In this document: piece after piece, positions 8,613 to 20,555 of the stretch | Position numbering within the stretch: the first letter of the stretch is position 1 | Layout: every line of letters starts with the position of its first letter | DNA from: Candidatus Krumholzibacteriia bacterium | Lineage (GTDB): Bacteria > Krumholzibacteriota > Krumholzibacteriia > LZORAL124-64-63 | DNA: 64,000 nucleotides | Reading direction: 5' to 3' | Assembly (NCBI GenBank): GCA_046484865.1 | Contig: JAWOID010000135.1 | Coordinates: forward strand, 1 to 64,000 | Position numbers and translations under genes: made by a program | Notes under the pieces: generated by a model | What the model was told of the DNA's origin: nothing | Seen by the model: only the letters and a program-made list of their open reading frames with translations | Database searches by the model: none

Positions 8613-9931
8613 CGGTCCTTACCCCCTGTGGCGTCGTCGCCGTCGTTGCCGCTGCCGCTGATCTCCACGCGGATCGGCACGCGGGTCCGGTCCTGGAATC
8701 CGAGCACCTCCACGTCGGTCCGCGAGTCCCAGTGCTGGCCGAGCGCGTCCAGGATCACCACGCGGGCCTCGTAGGTCCCGTCGGGCACCAGACGGCCGTC
8801 CTCGTCGTCGCCACCCCAGCTCACGCCGTCGGGCGGGTTGCCATTGCCCTGCATCGACTTCACCAGACGGTCCTGCCCGTCGCGCACCTCCAGCCGCCAC
8901 GACTCCACGTCGCCACGGACGGCGGTGGCGATGGCGAAGGTCACGTCGCGATCGCTGCCCGAGGGACTGAAGAGCGCGCGGTCGCGCTGCATCTTCACCC
9001 CGTAGGGCACGCCGAACCGCAGCGTGGCGCTCACCACGTTCTTCGCGCCCAGATCGGTGTCGACGAAGGCGTAGTCGAACTGCCAGTTCTCCCAGCGCAG
9101 TCCGGCGCCGGCGGACCACTGCTCCAGTTCAGAATCCCAGCCGCCGCGCAGGGCCATGGTCCGCACCGGCCACAGCTCGAGGCCGCTGTGGAGTCCGGCG
9201 TCCCGGAAGCGGGTCTTCACCAGGTCGCTCATGACCAGCAAGCGGTCGTTCAAAAAGCGGAGCGCCAGACCGACGCGGCCGCTGCGCACCAGCTCCTCCT
9301 CGTCCTCGTCCAGCGTGATCGTCGGCGCCAGCGCGTTCTGCACCGCGGCGCCGACGCTCAGGTTCCGGTGAGGCCGGAAGAACAGCCCCACGTCGGCGCC
9401 GGTGGCGCTGCCCCGCGCGCCCGCGATTTCCTGGCTCACGTGCTTGAGCGTGAATCCCCAGGCGAAGCGGCTGCCACCGTTCGCGTAGCTGACCGAGAAG
9501 ATGCCCTCCTGCTCGCTGAAGGTCTCGTCGAGATCGTCGAAGATCGTCGCACGCTGGAATTCCCCGCTGGTGGTCATCGTGGCGCCGAGGGCGAACGTTC
9601 CCCACGACTCGGTCGGCAGGCCGAGGGCCAGGAAACCGTACTGGGTGTCCTCGAAGAGCGTGGCACCCATGCCCGTGATCTCCATCGTGCGCAGCTGCGC
9701 GAGCCCCGCCGGGTTCCAGTAGGCGGTGGCCACGTCGTCGCTGACGCCGGCCACCGCGTTCCCCAGGGCCAGGCTGCGGGCGCTGGCGCCGAAGCGGAGG
9801 AACGAACCCGGTATGCCGCCGTCACTGCCGCCCGCCACCGCGACCGGCACCGCCGCCGGCGCCGCCACGAGGATGGAAACCAGCAGGGTCGCGGCCAGGA
9901 TCGTGCGCATCGTCTTCTGAGCTGCTGTCAT
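8609..9931 (-). CDS. PorV/PorQ-family outer-membrane beta-barrel with a C-terminal FlgD-type Ig domain
   Basis: Signal peptide, FLRFGASARSLALGNA...DDVATAYWNPAGLA PorV/FadL-type N-terminus, ALRGG and FDYAF strands, then FSPSG...WRLEVRD...WGGDDEDGRLVPDGTY; ATG 9931 has a GGAG RBS (alternative GTG 9961). Confidence 0.8.
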   Translation of the reverse strand: MTAAQKTMRTILAATLLVSILVAAPAAVPVAVAGGSDGGIPGSFLRFGASARSLALGNAVAGVSDDVATAYWNPAGLAQLRTMEITGMGATLFEDTQYGFLALGLPTESWGTFALGATMTTSGEFQRATIFDDLDETFSEQEGIFSVSYANGGSRFAWGFTLKHVSQEIAGARGSATGADVGLFFRPHRNLSVGAAVQNALAPTITLDEDEEELVRSGRVGLALRFLNDRLLVMSDLVKTRFRDAGLHSGLELWPVRTMALRGGWDSELEQWSAGAGLRWENWQFDYAFVDTDLGAKNVVSATLRFGVPYGVKMQRDRALFSPSGSDRDVTFAIATAVRGDVESWRLEVRDGQDRLVKSMQGNGNPPDGVSWGGDDEDGRLVPDGTYEARVVILDALGQHWDSRTDVEVLGFQDRTRVPIRVEISGSGNDGDDATGGKDR

Positions 9932-9957
9932 GTCGCTGTCTCCGCTCTCGCTCGACG

Positions 9958-12900
9958 TCACTTGACCACCGCGATCTTGCGGCGGAGGTCCATGCCGTTG
10001 CCGTGGATGCGGCAGATGTAGCCGCCGTTCGCCACCACGTGGCCCTTGCCGTTGCGACCGTCCCAGACGAACTGCTCAGTGCCGCCGGCGGACACGTCCA
10101 TCTGGTCGGTGAGCACCAGGTCGCCGTACAGGTCGTACAGCGACACGGTCACCCGGCCGGTGGCCTCGGGCCGGAAGAGGACGATCGTCTGCTCCCGGCC
10201 GGCCCGGAACGGGTTGGGCCGGTTGGTGATCTGCTGGTCGGTGGTGAGCTGGGTGGCCGTGTAGAGAGTGACCGACCGCACCTGCTCGAGGATGCCGCTG
10301 CTCTCCTCGGCATAGAACCGCAGCACGTGCGTGCCGGAGGCGCTCGCGTCCAGGCCCAGCCCGGCCAGGGTGAAGGAGCCGGCGTAGACGGCAGCCGGGC
10401 GCGGCGGGTCCACCACGTCCACGTCGAAGAGGATCGCCTGGACGCCCCCGGCGTCCTCGGTGGTGGCCGTGAGGGTGATCTCGGTGGTCGGCAGCACGTA
10501 CCAGCCGTCGCCGTAGGCCGAGGCCTCAGGCTCGAACGTGACGGACGTCACCGGCGGACCGGTCACGTCCAGGCGCAGCGCGTCGCTGAGGATCTCCCCC
10601 GCGGCCGCCTGCAGCAGCACGTCACGCGACCCGAAGTCGACGATCGACAGTTCCACCGTGCCGCGCCCGTTGACGTCCACGGTCAGACCGTAGGACAGCT
10701 CCTTGGCGCTGCCCAGACGGCCGTCGCCGTCGATAACGTGCAGGTTCACGCCGCAGCCGGGTACGGCGTTGCCCGCGTGGTCGGTGGCGCGTACCTGCAG
10801 CAGCGCCGATTCGCCCGGTCGCAGCGGACGGTCGAGCACGCGACCCGGGATGTCCTCGGCCCAGACCCGCAGCCGCGCCAGCGGCGCCGCCAGCACCGTG
10901 ATCGTCTCGGTGAAGAAGCGCTCGCCCGAATCGTCGCTGATCCGCAGGTAGATGGACTCGGCGCGGTCGTAGCGCTGGGCCGTGAAGGTACGCGTTCCGC
11001 CGGCCGTCGTGCCCATCGTGTCGGACAGCACGCCGCTGGGGGTGAGCGACGGGTCGGGCCGGGGAGCGTTGCCGCTGAACGCGCGCACCAGGAAGGTGCG
11101 ATCGTCGTTGGTCACGAGTTGACCGGTGACGATGTCCACGCGGCGCACCGTCATCGCGAAGGGCTGGCCGGCGAAGACGGTGTCCGGCACGTCCACGGCA
11201 TAGCGGACGCCCTCGGGCACCACGGTGAGAACCTCGCTGATCGCCTCGCGGCCGCGCGCATCACGGACACGGATGACGATCGGTTCGCTCACGCCGTACG
11301 ACTGGCCGCCGATCACGGCCTCGCCGCCGGTGAGGGTGCCTTCGCCGATCCCCAGGGTGCCGGTGGCGCCGTCCCGGCTGGGCAGCAACGCGGTCATCGT
11401 GAAGTCGTTGCCGGCGTTGATGCGCTCGCCGGTATCGGGGTTCACCAGGCGCACGGTGAGCGCGAAGGTGGCCGGCGGTCCGGCCGTCACCACCGCCGGC
11501 TCGGGCAGGACGATCTCGTACGCCGCCTCGTTGACCGGCACGTCCACGCGACCCGAGCTGACCGTGGGATGCGCCGGGTCGGTGGCGAAGACCGCCACCA
11601 CTCCGGGGTTCCCCAGCACCACCTCGATGTCGCGGCTGCCGTTGATGAAGGGGGCGTCCCGGTCGTCCGCGCGCACGACGTCCAGCTGGCCGCCCGAGCT
11701 CGAAAGGGTGATCGCCCCGTCGGCCACGGTCTCCACCAGGTTCCAGTACTGATCCACCGCGCGCACGGTCAGCACGAACGGCACCTCGGCCTGCTGCGTG
11801 AGCACGGTGCCGGTCTTGCCGTCGCCGGCGAGTTGACCCGGATCCGGGGTTTCGCCCGGTGCGACGATCTGGATGCGCTTGAAGCCGTCGGCGAGCATGC
11901 GGCAGGTGTTGCTGATGCCGGTGACACCGCTGCTGTCGCCGACCACGATGAAGATGTCCTCGGCACGCGAGTACGCCTCCGCCACCGAGCGCGCCCCCTG
12001 GTCCAGCATCCCCTGCGCCACCTCGAGCTGGCCGGTGCCGGGCAGACCGGTGCGGGCGCTCATGACGCGGATGTCGAAGAGGCGGTCCTGCGTGGTCACG
12101 CGCTGGCCGGTGTTGCTGTCGATCAGTTCCACCCGCAGCGGGAAGGTCGCGGGCGGCCCCACGACGGCGGTGTCCGGGACCGTCACCGCGTAGTAGAGCC
12201 CACCGGTCTCCATCGCGATGACGGAACTGAAGGCCTCGCGGCCGAAGTCGTCGGTCACGCGGATGATGATGTCCTCGACCGTGCTGTAGCTCTGAGCGTT
12301 GAGCACGCAGAAGCCGCCGATGAGCTGCGCCTCCGTCACGCCGAGGGTGCCGCTGGCCGCGCCGCGGTTCGGCAGGAGCGCGGTCATGCGGAAGCGGTTC
12401 TGCGCCGTGGGCACCACCAGCCCGGTCACCGGGTCGATGAGCTTCACGGTGACCTGGAACCCGGGCACCGGTCCGGTGGACGCCGCGTCCGGCACGGCGA
12501 TCTCGTACTCGTAGGGTGGGTTCACCGGCACGTGGCTGCTCTGGCTCGGCCTGGCCAGGTCGTTCTCGTCGTAGGCCGTCACGGAGACGGTGCCCTCGTC
12601 GGTGAGGAAGCCGTTGAAGGTGCGCCGGCCGTTGATGAACGGCACGTCGGTCTGGTCGGGGTTGCCGGGCTGCGCGAACGAGTTGTCGCTCGCCACCAGC
12701 CGCAGACGGCCCGTGTTGGTGGAGTCGGCCAGGTTCCAGTACTGGTCGACCGCGCGCACCGTGATGGGGAAAGGCTCGCCTGAGCGCTGGGTGGTGGGCG
12801 TGCCCTCCTTGCCGCTGTCCTCGAACTGCGGGATGCCGGCGCGCACCACCTCCCCCGGGGCGATGATCTGCAGGCGCTTGTAGCCGTCGGCGGCCACCGG

Positions 12901-15900
12901 GAACACCGGGCTGGAACCGCTCAGGCCCGTGGCGTCGGACACGGTGACGTAGATGTTCTCCGCGCGGGTATAGCTCTGCTGGAAACTGATGGCGCCATGG
13001 TCGAGCCGCTGGCTCGTGGTGCCCCACACGCCCTGGCCCACGCCGCCGCCGGCCGCCATCACGGTCACGTCAAAGCGCCGGTCGTCGTCGATGAGGGTCT
13101 GGGTGTCGACGTCGCGCAGCTGCACCCGGACGGGGAACGTGCTGGGCGGCCCCACCCGCGCCCGGTAGCTCTCCACGGTGACCACGTACTCCAGGCCGTT
13201 GGTCAACATCTGGACGGTCGAGCTGTAGCTCTGACGTCCCGAGTTGTCGGTGATGCGGACGACGATGTCCTCCACCGTGTCGTACGCCTGGCTCGTGATG
13301 GTCGCGCTGCCGCTGGCGAGCTGGGCCTGCGTCACCTGCAGGACGCTGCTGGCGGGTTCGTAGTTCGACTTCAGCGCCTCGATGGTCACCCAGTTGTTGG
13401 CGTCGGCCAGGGGCGTGCCGCCGCTGTCGACCAGCGCCACGGACATGGTGAACGTGGACGGGGGCCCCACGAACGCCGTCGCCGGCGTGGTGATCTGGTA
13501 GTGAGCGCCCTGGTCCACCTGGACGGTGGCCATCTGGCCCGTGATATCGGTGTGGTCGAGGGCCGAGGCCGCCAGCGTCACATACCCGGTCGAGATCAGG
13601 AACAGCGGCATGACGATCTCGCCGTTGACCAGGGCCTGGCCGTTGTTCAGCGGATTGGTGGGCGTGATGGAGTCGTCGTCGCTCGCCAGCGCGATGCGCT
13701 CGGTGCTGTTGTCCACCAGGTTCCAGAACTGGTCCGTGGACCGGATCCGCACGTCGAACTGCAGGCTGGCGGTCTGCATGGCGGGCGCGCCCGTCTTGCC
13801 GTCGGTCTCCGGACCGCCGGGGTTGGGCGCCTCGCCGGGCAGCAGCAGCATGAGCCGGTCGATCGCTCCGGGCGTCACGGCGATGGTGCTGGTGTCGTTC
13901 ACCGCCGGCGCGATCAGGTCGTGCGCCTGCAGGACGTGGTTCGTGGCCGTGCGGAAGAACAGGTCGCACGTGCGGCTGCCGTCCACGCCCAGGGGCTGAT
14001 CGTTGTCCGAGATCATCTGGAAGTAGCTGCTGCTGCCCAGATGCACCTGGGGCCGCGCCGGCACCTGGTTCCACCAGGCATCCGTGGCCAGCACGCGGGC
14101 CACCACGGGATCGCCGGCCGCCACCGGCAGCGGCGTGCCCACCTTGCCGGGCGCGATTCCCGGGGTGTGGGTCTCCCCGGGCAGCAGCAACAGCAGGTCG
14201 GCGTAGTCCCGGGCGTCGGCGAACACCGTGAAGGCATTCGAGCTGTCGGTCTTGGCGTACGTCTCCTCGCGCACGAAGAGGCGCACGTCCTGGCCGGTGC
14301 GGGTGATCCGGATGGAGCCGCGCCATACGCCGCGGTACGAGCCCGTCCCGTAGCCGTCGCCCAGATCCACCGAGGTGGGAGTGAGCACGCCTTCGCCGTG
14401 GTTCACCCAGAGGGTCACCTCGTCGGCGTAGTCGGCGATGTGGTTTCCGAACTGATCGCGCGCCACGATGGTGACGTTGGGCAGCGACGAGCCGGCGCGA
14501 TGGTCCGGGATGGGGTCCAGCGGATCCGCGGGCGTGGGGTTGGTGCGTCCGTTGATGCCGACCTCGAAGTGGTCGATCGCCCCCGCCTTGATCGGAATGG
14601 TCGCGTAGGCCCAGGCCGCGCTGGCGCGATCGTCCACCCGGATCGTCTGCTGATTCGGGTCGGCCAGCGTGATCAGCGTCACCTGGAACTCGGACGTGTT
14701 GTCGTTGAGCGCCTGCGGACTGCCCGGCAGGGCGGCCGCGACATCGCTGCTGGAGAAGTCGACCGCCATCGGCAGGGCGGGCGACAGGTCACTCACCGGG
14801 TTCCAGTACGGATCGCAGGCGAAGACGGTCACCTCGAACGGCACGCCCGCATCCTGGGCGGACGGGTGGCCGATCTTGCCGTCGTCCTCGATGGTGTCGA
14901 AGACGCCGGGCTCGAGCGTCTCGCCGGGCGCCTCCACCACGAGTCGCTGGAAACCGGCCGGCGTGACCGTGACCCGCGACGAATTGCGGGCGGTGATGCC
15001 GCTGGACTGGGCCTGCAGGTACTGGGCGCGGACGGCGGTGCGGAGGATCAGGCGCACGTCCACCGGATTGGAGACCGACACCACGTTGCTGGGGTGGTCC
15101 GGCAGCGAGAAGTAGCCGCTGGGACAGCTGAGCGTCACGTTGCGCGTGCCGGGCGCCAGGTTGTTGTACCGGTCCACCGGCCGCAGCGTCACCGGCTGGA
15201 TCACCTGCCCGGCGACCGCGGGGTCGGGTGAGCCCAGGTTGCCGCTGAACTCGGGATCGTTCAGACCGGGCGTCCAGGTCTCGCCCGGGAACGACACGAG
15301 GATCTTCTCGCAAGGGCCGGAGTTCACCTGGAACGGCGGCGACTCGCCCACCACGCCGGAATCCACGATCAGCCGCGTGCTGAACCCGCGCTTGGTGACC
15401 TGCACCAGCGCGTCGAGGTAGCCGTTCGTGAAGGTGGCGTTGTTGGTGATGATGTAGTCGGCGCTCTCGTCGGCGGCGCCGATGCGCGCGCGCAGACTCA
15501 CCGCGCCGTTGAGCGGGAAGACGTTGCCGTTGGAGTCGCGAGCGATGATCCGGACGTTGAACGGGATCGTCGTCACCTGAGGGTCGGCGGGGTCCCAGAC
15601 GCTCGCGTCGAACTCGAAGTGATGCAGTCCCTGCGGATTGATCACCAGGTCGCTGCGGCTGGTGCCGGTGGCGGCGCCGCTGGCGGTGGCGGCGATCCAG
15701 GCCGAGCCGGACGCGATCAGGGCCGCCGTGTAGCCGGTGCCCGGGTTGCTGGTCATCACCCCGCTCGGCGGCAGCGCGACCCCGGCCGACGCATCGCTGC
15801 TGGTCCAGGCGAGACTCGGGTAGGGACCGGCCTCCACCGGGTTCCAGCGCCGGTCGGTGGCGTACACCGTGATGCCGCCGAAGCTGGAGCCCGAGGTCTG

Positions 15901-16725
15901 CGGCACCGGCGTGCCGCTCTTGCCGGGACTCACGCCGGGCGTGAGCGCCTCCCCCGGCAGGAGCAGAACGATCTCCTGCAGGGATCCCGGCCGCAGCGGC
16001 GACACGGTGCACGAGCCGCGCGCTGCGAGCGCCTGCCCCGGATAGATCACCGAGTTCAGGGCCGACAGGGTGTTCTCGCGCGTCACCGGATCGGTGCCCC
16101 AGAACGTGACCGGCACCACGGCCGTGCCCAGGCTGAAGGCGCTGCCGGGCACGGTGATCGTCGGACCGGTGGAGAAGTGTCCCACGAGCGCATCGAGCAC
16201 GACGTCATCGCCGAAGTTGCGCACCACCGCGCCGGTGTGATCGAGCGCCGTCAGCGTGGCCGCCACCGGCTGATCCACGAACTTGTCGCCCGCGGGCACG
16301 GTGACGGTGAAGCGATCAACGAAGTTGTAGCTGTTGATGAGCACGACGCCGGGCGGCACCGAGCCGTCGTCGGCGTCGTACACGCGCAGCCGCACGGGCT
16401 GGCCTGCGCCCAGGAAGCGCACGTTGTCGAACTGGCGCTCGCCGTTCTGCAGGTACGCGCCGGCGGGCAGGGATGCCGCCACGTCCGGCGAGTTCAGCTG
16501 AGCGTTGATGAAGTCGGCGAAGACGTCGGTGGAGCCGTCCGTGTTCACCGCGCGCACGAGCACGGTGAAGCCCATTTCCACGGTCACGGCGGGATGTCCG
16601 TCCACGACGTTCGCGCCGACCACCGTGATTTCCAGGTGATCGAACGCGGCGGCAACGCCCGGCCAGGCTGCCGCGGTCAGAGCCAGCGCGACGGCGACGG
16701 GAGAAAGGGTCTTACGGTTCATCAC
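9958..16725 (-). CDS. giant secreted Ig-like repeat surface protein with FlgD/T9SS-like C-terminal sorting domain (2255 aa)
   Basis: Signal peptide; ~7 'PGE..PG...GK.G.P..Q...F...V.A.D.YWN' and ~6 'Y....P.TA.VGPP.TF' repeats; C-terminus NRPNPF...LYDLYGDLV...WDGRNGKGHVVANGGYICRI...RKIAVVK. Confidence 0.85.
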   Translation of the reverse strand: MMNRKTLSPVAVALALTAAAWPGVAAAFDHLEITVVGANVVDGHPAVTVEMGFTVLVRAVNTDGSTDVFADFINAQLNSPDVAASLPAGAYLQNGERQFDNVRFLGAGQPVRLRVYDADDGSVPPGVVLINSYNFVDRFTVTVPAGDKFVDQPVAATLTALDHTGAVVRNFGDDVVLDALVGHFSTGPTITVPGSAFSLGTAVVPVTFWGTDPVTRENTLSALNSVIYPGQALAARGSCTVSPLRPGSLQEIVLLLPGEALTPGVSPGKSGTPVPQTSGSSFGGITVYATDRRWNPVEAGPYPSLAWTSSDASAGVALPPSGVMTSNPGTGYTAALIASGSAWIAATASGAATGTSRSDLVINPQGLHHFEFDASVWDPADPQVTTIPFNVRIIARDSNGNVFPLNGAVSLRARIGAADESADYIITNNATFTNGYLDALVQVTKRGFSTRLIVDSGVVGESPPFQVNSGPCEKILVSFPGETWTPGLNDPEFSGNLGSPDPAVAGQVIQPVTLRPVDRYNNLAPGTRNVTLSCPSGYFSLPDHPSNVVSVSNPVDVRLILRTAVRAQYLQAQSSGITARNSSRVTVTPAGFQRLVVEAPGETLEPGVFDTIEDDGKIGHPSAQDAGVPFEVTVFACDPYWNPVSDLSPALPMAVDFSSSDVAAALPGSPQALNDNTSEFQVTLITLADPNQQTIRVDDRASAAWAYATIPIKAGAIDHFEVGINGRTNPTPADPLDPIPDHRAGSSLPNVTIVARDQFGNHIADYADEVTLWVNHGEGVLTPTSVDLGDGYGTGSYRGVWRGSIRITRTGQDVRLFVREETYAKTDSSNAFTVFADARDYADLLLLLPGETHTPGIAPGKVGTPLPVAAGDPVVARVLATDAWWNQVPARPQVHLGSSSYFQMISDNDQPLGVDGSRTCDLFFRTATNHVLQAHDLIAPAVNDTSTIAVTPGAIDRLMLLLPGEAPNPGGPETDGKTGAPAMQTASLQFDVRIRSTDQFWNLVDNSTERIALASDDDSITPTNPLNNGQALVNGEIVMPLFLISTGYVTLAASALDHTDITGQMATVQVDQGAHYQITTPATAFVGPPSTFTMSVALVDSGGTPLADANNWVTIEALKSNYEPASSVLQVTQAQLASGSATITSQAYDTVEDIVVRITDNSGRQSYSSTVQMLTNGLEYVVTVESYRARVGPPSTFPVRVQLRDVDTQTLIDDDRRFDVTVMAAGGGVGQGVWGTTSQRLDHGAISFQQSYTRAENIYVTVSDATGLSGSSPVFPVAADGYKRLQIIAPGEVVRAGIPQFEDSGKEGTPTTQRSGEPFPITVRAVDQYWNLADSTNTGRLRLVASDNSFAQPGNPDQTDVPFINGRRTFNGFLTDEGTVSVTAYDENDLARPSQSSHVPVNPPYEYEIAVPDAASTGPVPGFQVTVKLIDPVTGLVVPTAQNRFRMTALLPNRGAASGTLGVTEAQLIGGFCVLNAQSYSTVEDIIIRVTDDFGREAFSSVIAMETGGLYYAVTVPDTAVVGPPATFPLRVELIDSNTGQRVTTQDRLFDIRVMSARTGLPGTGQLEVAQGMLDQGARSVAEAYSRAEDIFIVVGDSSGVTGISNTCRMLADGFKRIQIVAPGETPDPGQLAGDGKTGTVLTQQAEVPFVLTVRAVDQYWNLVETVADGAITLSSSGGQLDVVRADDRDAPFINGSRDIEVVLGNPGVVAVFATDPAHPTVSSGRVDVPVNEAAYEIVLPEPAVVTAGPPATFALTVRLVNPDTGERINAGNDFTMTALLPSRDGATGTLGIGEGTLTGGEAVIGGQSYGVSEPIVIRVRDARGREAISEVLTVVPEGVRYAVDVPDTVFAGQPFAMTVRRVDIVTGQLVTNDDRTFLVRAFSGNAPRPDPSLTPSGVLSDTMGTTAGGTRTFTAQRYDRAESIYLRISDDSGERFFTETITVLAAPLARLRVWAEDIPGRVLDRPLRPGESALLQVRATDHAGNAVPGCGVNLHVIDGDGRLGSAKELSYGLTVDVNGRGTVELSIVDFGSRDVLLQAAAGEILSDALRLDVTGPPVTSVTFEPEASAYGDGWYVLPTTEITLTATTEDAGGVQAILFDVDVVDPPRPAAVYAGSFTLAGLGLDASASGTHVLRFYAEESSGILEQVRSVTLYTATQLTTDQQITNRPNPFRAGREQTIVLFRPEATGRVTVSLYDLYGDLVLTDQMDVSAGGTEQFVWDGRNGKGHVVANGGYICRIHGNGMDLRRKIAVVK

Positions 16726-16853
16726 GCCTGCGCCTTGCTATGGTTTTTTGCCCTCGGCGTCCGGACGGCGCTTGCATTCTGCGCGAGCGGCGCATCGCGA
16801 AACGCGTTATTCCTCGATTTGCAACGACTTCCCTCGGTTCCCTCAGCGTGTGC

Positions 16854-16869
16854 GGCAAGGCGCGTGCCA
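16854..16869 (-). promoter_or_regulatory. sigma54 (-24/-12) promoter of the Ig-protein/PorV/TPR operon
   Basis: TGGCACGCGCCTTGCC = TGGCACG-N4-TTGC, ~130 bp upstream of the start at 16725. Confidence 0.75.
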
Positions 16870-16917
16870 CGGGTCAGGAGGGTCGATCGCTCCCGCGGGC
16901 GGCGCATGGAGGCGGGT

Positions 16918-18183
16918 TCAGGGCAACACGTGGACGCGGCGGGCGAGGAGCGCGCGCTGCTCGGAGAGGACGTACTCGCGGATGAACTCGAGGTGATGAC
17001 GACTGGCGGCGCTGGTGACCTGGAACTCGATTCCCATCACGTCCTGACGTTCGTTGCGGTCGGCCGGAACGGTGTCCACCCGCCGGATCACAGCGTCCAC
17101 GGCCGTCAGCCGCTCGAGTCCAGGGAAGACCATCCGGCAGCGCACCAGGTCGCCCGTGGCGAAGTACGGGCGCAGGCTGCCCTCGGCTCCGCCCAGTCGC
17201 GCACCGGTGAAGCTGAGGTCCTGCACCTGGGCGAGGATGCTGGGACCCGCGGCAGGCTCCCCGCCTTCGGGATCCCGCTCCACCCGCTCCAGTTCCGCCA
17301 CGATGCGCGTGGTGGTCTCCACACGAAACGCGCTGCGCCGCTGCGCGGAGCGGACCTCCGCCGGCACCGCGAACACGGGGCAGGTGAGCGCGGCCCCGGC
17401 ACCGAGCGTCCGGCACAGCTTGCCCAGGTAGGTGGTGTTGAACGCCAGGTACTTGCCGCGCACACCGGTGTGCACGTGCACCTCGCTGCCGGGCTGCAGC
17501 GGAGTCTCGTCGGCTGCGGGCAGGTCCATGGCCACGACGAAGCCCTTGTTCCCGTCCACGTCCCCGCGGCCGATCACGATCCCGTTGTGAAGCTGGACGC
17601 CACCCTCCACCGGCACCTGGATCTGCACGTCCACCTCGAGCTTGCGCAGGTAGACCAGCAACCCGTCGCCACCGGCGGCACGCTCGCCGCCCTCGCCCAT
17701 GATGGCGGCGGGCAGATAGGCGTCGGCGGCGCCCTCCTCGAAGTTGCTGCCGCGCATGGCCTCGTACTCGGCGCGCGAGATGACGTCGGCCACCACGAAG
17801 AGGGAGCCGGCGTCTCCATCCAGCCGCAGCACGTAGCTGCGGACCCCGCGCGTGGCCACGATGCCGGGACCACCGGTCTCCACGTGGACCTCGCCGAACG
17901 GCCGTCGCGTCGGCAGACGCGGCACGAGCGTGCCCAGGAACGACTGGCAGAATTCGGCGAACGCGCCCTCGCCCCGCGCCTGCAGCGTGCCGGCCAGCGT
18001 GCGGTCGCCACCGATCCAGAGCTGGTGAGTGGTGCCGTTGCGGATGTCCAGACGCGCCGCCAGCGGAAAGTTCAGGTCGCGGGCGCGCAGCGACGACACG
18101 CGCACCGCGCGTGGGGGAAGGTTCGCCTCGCGCAGGCTACGCGCAGCGGTCTCGGCCAGCGCCTGCAGGGTTTCCGCGACCAT
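16918..18183 (-). CDS. PilZ-domain (YcgR-like) c-di-GMP effector
   Basis: QRRSAFRV (RxxxR) and QDLSFTGARL (DxSxxG); ends EYVLSEQRALL; ATG 18183 with GGAG RBS preferred over GTG 18249. Confidence 0.85.
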   Translation of the reverse strand: MVAETLQALAETAARSLREANLPPRAVRVSSLRARDLNFPLAARLDIRNGTTHQLWIGGDRTLAGTLQARGEGAFAEFCQSFLGTLVPRLPTRRPFGEVHVETGGPGIVATRGVRSYVLRLDGDAGSLFVVADVISRAEYEAMRGSNFEEGAADAYLPAAIMGEGGERAAGGDGLLVYLRKLEVDVQIQVPVEGGVQLHNGIVIGRGDVDGNKGFVVAMDLPAADETPLQPGSEVHVHTGVRGKYLAFNTTYLGKLCRTLGAGAALTCPVFAVPAEVRSAQRRSAFRVETTTRIVAELERVERDPEGGEPAAGPSILAQVQDLSFTGARLGGAEGSLRPYFATGDLVRCRMVFPGLERLTAVDAVIRRVDTVPADRNERQDVMGIEFQVTSAASRHHLEFIREYVLSEQRALLARRVHVLP

Positions 18184-18255
18184 GCGCTCCGGATCCCCTC
18201 CGGTGTCGACGTCTCCTCCGGCACCCGACCGCGGGCGCGGCTTTGTCACGACGGC

Positions 18256-18282
18256 ATATCGTCCCGGAGGTGCGTGGCTTGA
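18256..18282 (-). promoter_or_regulatory. putative sigma28 (FliA)-type promoter of the PilZ gene
   Basis: TCAAG - 14 bp - GACGATAT. Confidence 0.5.
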
Positions 18283-18412
18283 GTCCGAAGCGCCGCGACA
18301 GCGACGCCGCGGCGGATTGGGGCGTGACCGTCGCCGACGGGGAGATTATCCTGGCCACAGTCCAGGCACCCCCGAACCGCGACGTCGACCCCGACCCTCG
18401 AGGCGGCTTGCG

Positions 18413-20503
<2,091 letters not shown>

Positions 20504-20555
20504 CGCCCGGGGCCGAGGTCCGGTCGCCACGGGCCGAGCGGCGCGCGGCCGGGCA

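Noticed and set aside
18029..18412. ORF-track N-terminal extensions (glgX from 18029, desulfurase from 20326, mtoX from 39720, mauG from 37380, S8 from 49300)
   Set aside because: They overlap neighbouring genes or promoters; downstream starts have RBS or family-typical N-termini
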